Assembly: GCF_016432865.1 (NCBI RefSeq)
Contig: NC_067403.1
Location: forward strand, 241,180,001 to 241,244,000
Direction: 5' to 3'
Length of the DNA: 64,000 nucleotides
DNA from: Antechinus flavipes
Taxonomy: Eukaryota
The notes beneath the pieces were generated by a model. The model saw only the letters and a program-made list of their open reading frames with translations. It was not told the origin of the DNA and searched no databases. Both the position numbers and the translations under genes were made by a program. The stretch's first letter is position 1. Each line of letters opens with the position of its first letter. Shown piece by piece: positions 46,101 through 58,500 of this stretch.

Positions 46101-47014
46101 CCGAAGGGGCCGGAAGCAGGAACCAGGGGCTTTGGAGATGAGGGGATGTGGTTGAAGCAGGGGAAGCTGTGTGGGCGCAGGCTTTAGGGGAGGGGTCCTC
46201 GCCAAGACCCCACAGAGGAGGGGCTGTCACTGCCCCTCTTGGGGACCTGGGGCCCCCACGAAGGAGACCTGACACACACACACCCCTTCCCCGGGAGAAG
46301 GCCCCGCAGTGGCCAGGCCCGGGCCCCGGGGCTTGGGAGAGGAAGCCACAAGCAGGGCATCTTTCAGCCAATCTGACCCTTCAAAGGAGGGCGCTTATTT
46401 ATTTCCGGCCCTCCCCAGCCTGTTTCTGGGCTTCCTTCCCTGTGCCCCTCTCCATTTAGGCCCGATGGTCGGGTTCAGTTCTGTAGTGTTACCCCAGCCT
46501 CTGTGGGGGACAGAGGGGCTCCCAGCCGGCTGCTGTCTGCCCCCCTCTCCCCCACGGAACTGTCTGGGCCTTGGGTCGGATTGTGCAGGAGACAGGCCTT
46601 AATGACAGGATCCAGAGGGGGACAGTGTGGATGCTGAAGGCCCTGGCTAACTTCATTGGCTGTGACAAGGAGAAGAGAGGACCCTAGAGTGGGGGAGGAT
46701 GTCATATCGTGGGCTCCGGGCCATTGGACACAGCTTGAGCCATTTGGTCACCAGGGAGGGAGGGGCATCGACTGCACTATAAATAGTTCTGGGAGCTGGA
46801 GTTGCTATGGAGACAGAACTGAATCCTATTACCTGGAGGTCCTGCTGTCCTGTGTTTGTAGGGGGTTAGAGGAGGGCCAGAAGAAGCCTGGGGGTGAGGT
46901 GCAGGAAGAGGAGAGGCGGAGGGGAGTATGCTGTTTTGTAGAGAGACTACCAGCAGGGCCCCGAGAATGTAGTAAGCTTATGTGTCTGTGTGCCTGTGCA
47001 GGCAGTGACCAGGG

Positions 47015-47015
<1 letters not shown>

Positions 47016-47056
<41 letters not shown>
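47016..47056. repeat. (GT)n microsatellite
   Basis: Read directly. Confidence 0.95.
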
Positions 47057-47057
<1 letters not shown>

Positions 47058-48236
47058 TGAGACAATCAGACAGAAAGAGAAACAGACAGAGACAGACAGA
47101 AACAGAGGAAGAGAATCAGCCTGTGTGTGTGTGCAAGCAGCAATCAGGGTGCGTGCATGCATGTGTGTGTGAGAGAGAGATGGAGATGGGAACCTTATCC
47201 ATGTGTGTAGAAAACAGGGTCTGCATGTGGGCTCGTGCAGAACTCTGTCGGGTTGTAAATCAGCCCTGGGAGGGGTTGTGGGAAGTGATGAGGCTGCTGG
47301 TTGGCATTATTCTCACTTAAGATTTCTTAAGGCTTAATTAACTTTGGATACACAGTTTAGTAATTCCGAGTCTCCCTTCCCTGCCCCTCCTGTTCCCTAC
47401 TTCCAGGGGATAGCAGATACTCTGTTAAGAAATCCCTCTTTCAGTTCCCAGTGTTTACAACACACAGTAGAAGGGAAAGATCCCATGATCTCCTCTGCTC
47501 TCTGCTGATCTTGACTTCAGTACAGGGTTCACAGGAGAAAATTCAGCACCAAGGGCAGAACTCTTGGCTGTGGCTCCTTGGCGCCAGCAGGCCTTCTAAT
47601 TTAAGGGCAAAAAGAGCAGAGACATTTTGGTTTTTAAACTTATGTTCTAACAGCTACGGCTGCTGCCCACCTAAATTAGTCTAAATAAATTTGAATTCAG
47701 GTGTTTTGGTTTTGATCTCGTTTAGGGGGTCAATGATTAGGCAGGCCTGGAAGTCTAGTTTGATGCAGAAACCCATTGAAACGGACCTAACATCCAGAGC
47801 TGCCCCCAAAGTGGGGGCAAGTGTCAAAAAGACAGAGGGTCCAACTGGACCTAGTCTGAAAGGGATCACTCCCTCCCCTATCCAGGTGGGGCCAAAAATA
47901 GACTAGCTTGAGGTGGGAGGGTGGGAGGGAGGGGGAGTATAATTTGTCCTGCATTACGATTGACTCATTCTCAGCTCATAAGCCAAAATAGAGTCCCGGC
48001 TGAGTGTTCTTTTCTCTCCCCGATTCTGCTGAGTTAGAGGACATGATGACTTGTTTTCTGATGTCCCTCTCTAAAGATGATGGATTTAAGGGAGGGCTAA
48101 TCACCTACATACAACAACAGAGCTTCTCAGTACCTTTGTTCCTTTAGAGTGCCATCATCAACGATTTCCAGAATTCTCTCTGATGCCCTGTCAGCTGCCC
48201 TGAAGTTTCTCTGGGATGAGCAGGTGATTTGGAATC

Positions 48237-48298
48237 ATGGTACAGAAGAAGAAGATTTGCCCTCGGTTACTGGACTACCTAGTGATCATTGGGGCCAG
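48237..48298 (+). CDS. MADD: MADD first coding exon (exon probably from 48148)
   Basis: 62 nt, [20 protein letters not shown]. Missed by the ORF track because it is short. Confidence 0.95.
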
Positions 48299-51200
48299 GT
48301 AACATTATAGGGGTTGCTCTTCTAGACTGTGGACATTGCCCCACCCCTTCCTCCTTGTAAACATTTTATTGAAGTGGTGTGTTTTTTACATTGTTGTCAC
48401 TTCCCCATGATTCCTCCCCCCCTCCTCCCCCCCCCTGCAGACAAGAAAGCTCTTTTAGAACAAAGAAGTACAGTTAAGCCCATCAGATCCATACATTGTT
48501 TATGCCCATTTCCTCTGGGCAAGCTGGAAGGCCTAGCACTTTTTTCATTCTTGCTCATGTTAAGTTGCGTCTCATTTTCACTGTGCTCTTTCATCCTGGC
48601 TGGGAAACTGAGGCTGGAAAGGAAAGCACTGAAAAGAGTAAGAGTATCGATACATAGAAATAGATCCTAGCACAAGGGTTCTTAACCTGAGGTAAGAGCT
48701 CATGAGCTTGTTTTTACAATATTTTGATAATTATGTTTCAATATAATTGAATTTGTAATTTTATGTATTTTGTTGTATGCATTTAAAACATTATTCTAAG
48801 AAGTGATCCACTGACTTTACTGAACTTCCATAAAGATCCCGAAAAAAAAAAAGGTGAAGAAGCCCTAGTCTACTAGCTTTATGATTCGGACCAAGTTACT
48901 CTATTTTTTCATATTTCTGTTTCATTATCTTGCAAGAGGAAAATGTTAGGTGTTCCATTTGTATCTCTAAATGGTCTTTTTGTAATTCATGAGCAAGCAA
49001 GGGGATCTTGCACTATGAGCTTCTCAAGCACAACTGTGTTAACTTTTTCCCCTTTCCCCATGGAGTTCAGGGTCTCTGGAAGGGTCTGTGTGTGATAAAT
49101 GTGGATCCCCTAACACTGGGGACCCCAGTTAGCCAAGCCAGGCAGCACATCTAAGATTTTCCAGGTTTGTGTCTAAAACAGAAGCATGAGTTTAATTTAT
49201 TGATGAATAATAACAGGACTGGGAGCTGGCTCTTTAAGGCTTGTAGAATGCTTTACAGATGGGACTTCATTTAATCTTTATAACAGTCCTGTGGGATAGG
49301 TCTCTGAGCGTCATAGTCACCATTTTACAGATGCGGAAATAGAAGTTCAGTGGCGTGCCAGGCGGTATTTAAACCCACATCTTCACGACTCTAAACCTGA
49401 CCTAGACCTACCAGGCTACTCTGCCTCTGCTGCCATGTGATGATTAAAACTGGGCAGGCCCTCGGGTCCCTGTGTCCTCTAAGGGTGACCTGGCTGGTTT
49501 TATGCTCCTCAGGCAACCAAGCAGCGACAGCGTGGCCCAGACCCCAGAGTTGCTCCGACGCTACCCTTTGGAGGACTACCCTGAATTCCCCCTCCCTCCG
49601 GACGTGGTGTTCTTCTGCCAGCCGGAGGGATGCCTGAGTGTGCGGCAGCGGCGCATGAGCCTGCGGGATGACACTTCCTTTGTCTTCACCCTCACTGACA
49701 AGGACACTGGGGTCACGCGCTATGGCATCTGTGTCAACTTCTACCGCTCCTTCCAGAAGCGAATGCCCAAAGAAAAGGGGGATGGTGGCCCCGGACACCG
49801 TGCAAAGGAAGCTACCAAGGCTGCTCCCGCTCCAGAGGAGGCAAGCGCAGAGAAGTCGGAGGGTGGCCCTTCCTTGCAGCCCCCCAGTTCTGACTCGACC
49901 CCTGATGGGAACCAGTCTCCCCGGGGCAAACGCCGGGCAAAGGGGGGAAGCCGTTCCCGCAACAGCACCCTGACATCCCTGTGCGTGCTCAGCCATTATC
50001 CTTTCTTCACGACTTTCCGAGAGTGTCTATATACCCTCAAGCGTTTGGTGGACTGTTGCAGTGAGCGACTGCTTGGCAAGAAACTGGCCATCCCCCGAGG
50101 GGTACAGAGGTACAGGGGTGCCATTGACCCAACCCTACTTCCAGGAGGTGCAGAGGGGATGTGTTTGGGGCTTAACCATAGCTGATGACCAGAGGGTGGG
50201 AGGGATGGCACTTGTTCTTTTGTAAAGGTCTCCCTTGGTCTGGTTGAATCTGGGATTAAAGGCAGATCTGGACACATTTAACCCATGTGCATGAGGCTCC
50301 TTGTAAAGTAGAAGGGTTTAAGAGACTTGAGTTCTCTACAGCATTCCCCTTTGGAAAAGAGGCAATGAATTTTATGTGGAAGGTGGGCAGCAGAGCAGGT
50401 GATCATCAATAATTGTCACTCCTTCTTAACCAGCTTCTTCCTGGGGTCAGACAATGACTAAAAACAGGGAGAGGCCATTCTAAGTACCCATCTCCTCTCC
50501 TTTAGATGCTTTAGGTTGCAGTGGGATAGTCAATCAGCATTTGTTAAACACCTACTATGTTCCAGGCTAAGCACTGGGGATATAAAGGAAGTCAAAAGGC
50601 AGTCCTTGCTCTCCAGGGGCCTGAGTAGGGGTCTTTTTTCTCCTGTTTGCATCTCAGGGACACCATGTGGCGCATCTTCACGGGCTCGCTCCTGGTAGAA
50701 GAGAAATCCAGTGCCCTTCTGCATGACCTGCGTGAGATCGAAGCGTGGATCTATCGATTGTTGCGCTCTCCAGTGCCCATATCTGGCCAGAAGCGAGTGG
50801 ACATTGAAGTTCTCCCCCAGGAGCTACAGCCCGCTCTGACCTTTGCCCTCCCTGACCCATCTCGATTCTCTCTGGTAGATTTCCCATTGCATCTGCCTTT
50901 GGAACTCCTGGGTGTGGACGCCTGTCTGCAGGTGTTGTCTTGCATCTTGCTGGAGCACAAGGTAAGAGAGCCATTCCTGTGGGGGAGAAAGAGAGAGATA
51001 GAGACACTCTCAAGGATGGCGCTAAAAACTTACTAATTAGGTGATTTTTCCATAGACTATGGCCTAGGAAAGGAAAGAGGTCTAGGAACAAGGTTATTGA
51101 AGCAAAGAAATGTACTGGAAAAGAATTACTGAGGTCTCCGAGAAAGTCAGGAAACCTTTCTGGGAGCTGGGAGGGTAATTCGGGCATAGTGAGAAAGAAC

Positions 51201-52467
51201 TAGGATTTGTGGGTGGCAGGCAGGCGTCTCCTCGATCTTATGCCGAGATGCAGATTGTTCTTGGATGGCTCCGTGGCAGGTGGTGTTACAATCGCGAGAC
51301 TACAACGCACTCTCCATGTCTGTGATGGCATTTGTAGCAATGATCTATCCCCTGGAGTATATGTTTCCTGTTATTCCCTTGCTTCCTACTTGCATGGCGT
51401 CTGCAGAGCAGGTGAGTCTCCTTGTGGCTTTTGGCTCTTTCACCCGTTGTCCCCCCTTATAACTGGCTCTAAGGGAGAAAGACTCAAAGAACGGGAAGTT
51501 GTGGAGGCAGTATGATCTTTGATAAAATTCTGTCTCAGTGTCTGGGACCGACTGGGTGGGAGTGTGTTTTCTGTTTCTCATTCTCTGTGTTCCACCCACA
51601 GTTGCTTCTGGCTCCTACTCCTTATATTATTGGGGTCCCTGCCAGCTTCTTCCTCTACAAACTAGACTTCAAGATGCCAGATGATGTTTGGCTGGTGGAT
51701 CTGGACAGCAACCGGGTGAGACATCTGGCTGGGGATGCTGGCATTGTCCAGGTGGAACCGTACTTTTTGTGTGCAACCTGTATCTGAGCTAGTCTTTGGG
51801 GGTCACTAGTTGAACAAGTTAAAAAACATTCCTTCTGCTTTATTAACTGGCATGAAAGTAGTGCAAATGAAAGACCCTTGATCTTGTCCTAATGGGTACA
51901 GTGACCAGCTTCTCCCCAGAATTAGGTGCTTCCCCCCCTCCTTTGAGAGCTATCAGGCAGTGATGACTGTTAGGGAATCCTAATGTAGTCCTTGATTGCA
52001 GCATTTAAACCTCCTAATTATAAAGGTGAGGCAATGGGCCTAGAGAGGGGAAGAGACTTACCTTGCAACACATACACAAGTAGAAGCAATCCTCTCATGG
52101 CTTATCTTGGAACCTGGAATAGTAGACATCTGTGTCACCTTTTGGTACAGATTCTGCGAGGGAACTTGTGCCTCAAGATTCTCAATATTGGAGTTGGTGA
52201 CCTCACTCCAGGCAGCCAGGCCCATAAACACTTTTGTTCAGCAAACATTTACTCAGGCCCTTTTTTTGTGAGGTTCTTATTAGTGTGAATAAGAAATTTC
52301 CTTAAATGACTGAATCCTTGAATTCTCACTACTCAGAATTACAAGGGGCAGCTAGCTGGTACAGATCACCAGCCCTGAAGTCAGGAGGACCTGAATTCAA
52401 ATCCAACTTCAGACACTTAACACTTCCTAGCTGTGTGACCCTGGGCAAGTCTCAATTGCCTCAGCAC

Positions 52468-52504
<37 letters not shown>

Positions 52505-55500
52505 TGAGTAGGAGGAATTCCACAGATAAAGACAAGAAGGAATATCAGCTTACATTTAGGTAATGTTTTACAAAGCTTTTTGGCTGACCTTTATTTTTAT
52601 TTTTTTATTTCCTTTTTAAAAAATACACACAAAGATAGTTTTCAGCATTCCTTCTTGTAAAACCATGTGTTCCATATTTTTCTCCCTACCTCCTCCCTCC
52701 CCTAGGCAGTAAGCCATCCAAAATAGGTTAAACATGTGCAATTATTCTAAGCTTATTTCCACACTTATCTTTTGGCTGATCTCTAAATCACCCTGGTGAA
52801 GCAGAAGGCATCATTTTCCCCACTTTCCACACTAGGAAACAGGGTCAGAGGCGAAGTGGCCTGCCCGTGGTCTCACACCTAGTCACTGTCAGGGTAGGAA
52901 TTTGAATCCTGCTGTTTTGGCCCCAGATGTCAGACTCTCTACTAATTGATCTTTTGGTAAGGAGCTTCCAAAAGAAGCTTTTGACACATTCTGAAACAGT
53001 CACTATGCTCTGCCTGTTATAGGTGATCGCACCAACTAATGCAGAGGTGTTGCCCGTCCTGCCAGAGCCCGAATCCTTAGAACTGAAAAAGCACTTGAAG
53101 CAGGTGAGTTGGGGGAGGACAAGGGAGGGTCTGCTGGAGGGGGACAGAGCTCCAGGAAACAACCTCCATCCTTAGGGCAGGAAATCAGTATCATCTTCAG
53201 TCTAGCTTCTCTTAGTGTCCTTCCTGTCCTGTGCATATGCTCTCCTGTCTAATATGCTCCTTACAAACAATCTGTTCTTGTTTCTCTGCTGTTTGCATGG
53301 CCTTGGAACTACTGCTGACTCAAGTCATGTGTAGGTCTGGATTTTGACTCGGTGAAATGCCTTCTCTCATAGACGCTTTTCATGGGGTCTTTTCCTCTTA
53401 AACGCCAGGTCTCTGTAGTGTCTTTCCTTCAGAAACTCCTTTCCTGGTTTGGTCCATTCCACCCATTTTTCATTGGTTTCTGTTCTTCCTCCTCCTACAC
53501 GCTGCATGCAGTACTTGAAGGTAACATGTGTGAATTCCCCGTCTTGAGCTTTGTTGTGCTTGTTCTCAGGGGCCATCCCCAGGAGGCCGTGCTTCTCACG
53601 CAGCTCTTCATAACTCCCCTCCCCTTCCTTGTGTTAGCTGAGGCATTTGGTGGTAGTTCTCAGTGATAGCAGTGTCGTTTTAAATGGGTCACCCTATATC
53701 CTCCATCGCTTTTCCCCCGTTTCCCTGCTGGTGACGTTATATGATCTGCCCTTTGTCGCAGGGGCCAGTGAAGGTGAGTGCAAGGCGTGCTCCAGCAGTT
53801 TTCTCCTGATGTTTCTTCACCACTGGTGACTTTTTAGCAGGCATCACGAGGGAGAAATTAAGAAAGAGGGATACGAAAATAAGTATGTTCAAATATTGAT
53901 GGAAGCCAGAGCTAGCCTTATCCCATGGGGGCTCATTGAGATTTCAGCTTTGGTGATTATAGATGACTTAATTAGGAATCTCTGTACTCTTAGAAGAGGT
54001 GTCTGTATGATGGATTATCTTCCACATATTTTGATTTATATTTCAGGACAGAGATTTTTGGGTTAGTTGGGTCACAAATGTATCGTCTGTAGTTTGTGAG
54101 GACAGTCCTCTCCACAAGCCTCTACTAACCCAGGCTAGAATAAAAGACAGAGACACTGATTCTGAAGAGGCCCTTTCCCAGTCGAAAACTGTTTATTTCC
54201 CAGGATTCTCTCCGTGATAAAATGCCTTTTATTCCACAGGCACTGGCCAGCATGAGTCTGAATACTCAGCCTATCCTCAACTTGGAGAAGTTCCATGAGG
54301 GCCAAGAGATCCCACTACTCTTGGGAAGACCACCCAGTGATTTGCAATCCACACCTTCCACTGAATTCAATCCCCTCATCTATGGCAATGATGTAGATTC
54401 AGTGGATGTGGCTACCAGGTGAGATCAAGCAGGCCTGTATGGGGAAGAGTTCTTGAACTGGGTCTCCTTCGTGCTTTAGACAAACTTGGAGCCTGGGTAT
54501 TTTTAATATGTAAAATTGGAATTATAATATTGGCTTTTACCTGCTCACTTTAAAGTTTCTTATTGCCAAGATAAGAAGAAATAGTTTAAAAAAAAAAAGG
54601 AAGTGGTTTGGAATAGCAGATAGGTTATCACCAGACCTTTTAGGTACATCAGAGCACATAGTGTGCATGTTCAAAATACATGCAAAGGTAGCATCTACCC
54701 TTGCAAAATTTTGTGTTACAAATTTTTCTCTCTTCTTTCCCTCTCCTTCCTCCTCTAAACTGCAAATAATCTTTTCTTTTCTTTTCTTTTCTTTTTTGTA
54801 TTATTATAGTTTTTTATTGACAGAACATATGCATGGGTAATTTTTCAACATGGATCCTTGCAATCACTTCTGTTCCAGCTTTTCCCTTCCTTCTCTCAAG
54901 CCCCACCTCCCCTAGATGGCAGGCAGTCTCATACATGTTAAATATGTTAAAGTATATCTTAAATACAATATATGTGTATATATTTATACAGTTCTCTTGT
55001 TGCACGAGAAAAATCGGATTTAAAAAGGTAAAAACCTGGAAAGAAAAACAAAAATGCAAGCATAGACTGCAAATAATCTAATATAGGTTACACATGTGTA
55101 ATTCTCCTAAATATATTTCCATATTTCTCATGCTGTACCAAAAAAAAATCAGATCAAAAGGGGAAAAAAATGAGGAAGAAAAAGAAACAACAAAGATAAA
55201 AATACTGTGTTGTGATCCATATTCAGTCTCCATAGTCCTCTCCCCAGATGCGAATGGTTCTTTCCATCACAAATCTATTCATCTGAGCACTTATTAAGAG
55301 CTGCTATATGCTAATATTGTGCTGGATGCTGAGGGCACAAAGATAGAATGTAGCACCATTCTTGCTGCCAGGAAGATATCCTAAGGGAGACACATCATAG
55401 CCTCCCTTAAGCACAGTGGGCCAGGCAGGGAGCAAGGATTGTGGGGCAAAGGGGAGATCCAGATTAGACACAGTGCTCAGGACCATCTGAGGAAGGAGAA

Positions 55501-58500
55501 TTAGGTGGGAGAATTAGAAGGAGGAAGATAAGGAGGAAGTAGCACCTAGGCAGAGTCTTAAGTGATAATGAAGATTCTCAAAGGTGAAAGTGAGGTACAT
55601 TCCAGGCAAGTGGAGGGGAGCATGGTCTGCATGATGGGATGGGGCAGACGCCACCATATTCCAGTTTGGGTGAAAGGGAGTAATATGACAAAGATTGGGA
55701 AGCTAGCTTGGAGGCCATATTGGGAAGGCTTAAAAGTCAGGATATAGTAGGGAGCTCCTGAAGATTTTTGATCAGGAGAGTGATAGGGTTAAACTTGTTA
55801 AGATGATATTGGCAGCTATGGAAAATTGTATTTCTTTAAAGGAAGAATGCCAGCACAGATACAATTCACTTCCCATAGGATATCCACTCATTAGGCTCTC
55901 ACATTTAACAGAGTAACTAAATTAATGGTTATAGATTATCTAAAAACTATGACTTGGAGGACCAAGTCCTCCTTTTCCACCATTCTGAGTACTATTGAAG
56001 AAGAAGAAGGGGGTCACTGAAGAAGGGGGAGGAATAATCTTATTTTAAAGGAAATGAAGTGGCATTATCGCCAAATGGAAGACTGACTTATAAGCTCTCT
56101 TAGGAGGAGCCAACAAAGGAATTAGCCAAGTTGGTTTTCACCTGAGTTCAAAAGCAGTGAGAGATTTCATTTGGGGAATATTTGGTTACTGAATATTCAT
56201 AGTAAATCATTGCAGAAAAAACCCCATGAAAATAATTGAAGCTTATAGGGGAAGACAGCATATGTATATGCATGTGTATATATGTATGTTTAGAATTAAA
56301 GATCAAGAGAAGCCAAAGACTTGTAGGTTACAGAGAAATCTCATAGCTATACATCATGAGTACTTGCTTTAAGAAACTAATTAGAAAGGTGGGCAGCTAG
56401 ATAGAGCACCTGTCTCAGAATTAGGAGGGCTTGAGTCCAAATCTGGACTCACACCTCGCACTTCCTAGCTATTTGACGCTGAGCAAGTCATCTAATCCTG
56501 TTTGCCTCTGTTTCCTCATCTGTAAAATAAGCTGGAAAAGGAAACGGCAAACCACGCCATTATTTTTGCCAAGACTTTAAATGAATCAATAATGGTTAGA
56601 CACAGAAAATAACTAAAATTACACAAACAACATCTCTCAAAAGAAAAGTGAATATAATTAACTATTGTCCTATATACCTACTTTCCCCATTTATGTCATT
56701 TTTATAAGAGTAATCTACATGAATGTTGAGGGCATCTTTGATGAGATTATCAGAAGGAAATGGGGAGGCTTTCATCAGTGATAATCCATGAATAGACTAT
56801 GATTAGGCTTTTATCATCACACAGTTGCAGGACAGATGTGATACTACTGTAAGACTATAAGAGGACATTTGTACAATAAAGCAAAATTTCATCTTTTGAA
56901 AGGCTCTTTTCCAACAAGATCTTTCCTATATATATGTCAGGATTATACAAAATTCTTTAGAAGATATAACAGAGAACTTGATTTGACTTTCCTTTGATCA
57001 TTAATGTCAGACACATGCTCCACAGAGAAGAAATAGTGGAAGATAGAAGGGTCTGATGGGCTATGTTTGATGGGATCATGAGGAATTGGACACAATTGAA
57101 CAGTTGAGAAACAAAAATATGGTCATTCTTTAAAGAATGAAAAAAATGTCATTCAGGGGGCAATACAGAAAAACATGGTGATTAAGAGAAGGCTGTAACA
57201 TATTATGAACAAGTAATTACAAAGATGAAAAGAAGTAAAGGGTGTTTTCAAAGAAGTGTGTGAGCAAAAAAATGAGTGAGTTGGTCACCTGGTGAGTTCA
57301 AGAAATAATGGATAGATTTTGTGTTTCATTGGATTCTTGGGATAATAAGAGAAATTTAGGAAGGCCTCAGCACTTATAAGAGGATATGGACAAGAGTGAT
57401 CTATGATGGGCATGTGTGGGTGGGCTATGATATGAACTGGTGGAAGGGATGTCTGTATCAGGAACATTACGGTTATATTTGTATATCTAACTGAAAAGTG
57501 AATTAAATATAATATTAAGAATGGAAACTGAGAGACCAATTGGAGGCTTTTATAGTATTCTAGGCAAAAGGTGATGAAGACCTGAATCTGAACTAGAGTG
57601 GTATCCTAGTCTGAAAGGAAAAGAGATAGAAACTAGATTTTTAGAAAGAATCAATAGGAATTTGTTGCTGATTGAATCTTCTCTTTTTTCATCTCTGTAT
57701 CCAAAAGAAGATTCTGAGATTTCAAATCAGTACCTTGAAGAAGGTCAATATTCATCATCAAAAATAGCTATTTGGAGAAGGGTAGGTTTAGGGAGAAAGA
57801 AGAATTCCATTTTTTTACATGGTAAATTGAGTTGGATTTAAGGTGCTGGTGCAAAAATCTCAGTAATGTGCAGCAGATAGGTGAGGATGTTGGATTGGAG
57901 TTAAGGGGGAAAATCAGCTCTATATACATGGATATATACATACATACATTTAGGAGTCATCCACATGGTAGTACTAACTGAACCCTTGAATAGTGTGAAA
58001 CCCAAGGTAGAGAATATAGAGAACAGATCCTTGGGGAACAGCCTTGTTTAATAGCTGATTAATCAGCAGTAGCTACTGAGGAGAAGACAGACAGGTAGGA
58101 TGAGAGGAAGGCATTGCTCTGGGAGTCATGGGAGGAGAGAGTATCTGACAAAAAGTGTTGAAAGCTACAGAAATGCAAGGAGGTTAAAGATGAAGAAAAG
58201 GCCATTGGAGTTCTCCATCTTGAAATGATTGGGAACCTTCAAGAGAGCAGTGCCTGTAGAATAGTGATGGTGGAAACTTGATTTCAAGGGCCTAAAGAGT
58301 GAGTAGATGATGAGAAATTATAGGCAGTGAGTACATATGACTGTTAGTGAAAGGGATGAGCTACGGGAGAATAGCTTGGGGGATGAGAGGGGTCAAAAAG
58401 TGATTTTTTTTAAGGACATATAAACCTGAACTTATTTGGGGGTTGGGGTTGACAAGTGGCTCATTCTTCTTCACGACTGGTTGTGGCTAAGGAGCAGCCT

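Noticed and set aside
53570-53632. Third acceptor (CTCAG|GGGCCA) between the two MADD microexon candidates
   Set aside because: Only 49 nt from the 9-nt exon's donor (too short for an intron), and the only phase-0 donor (GTTAGC) is weak.
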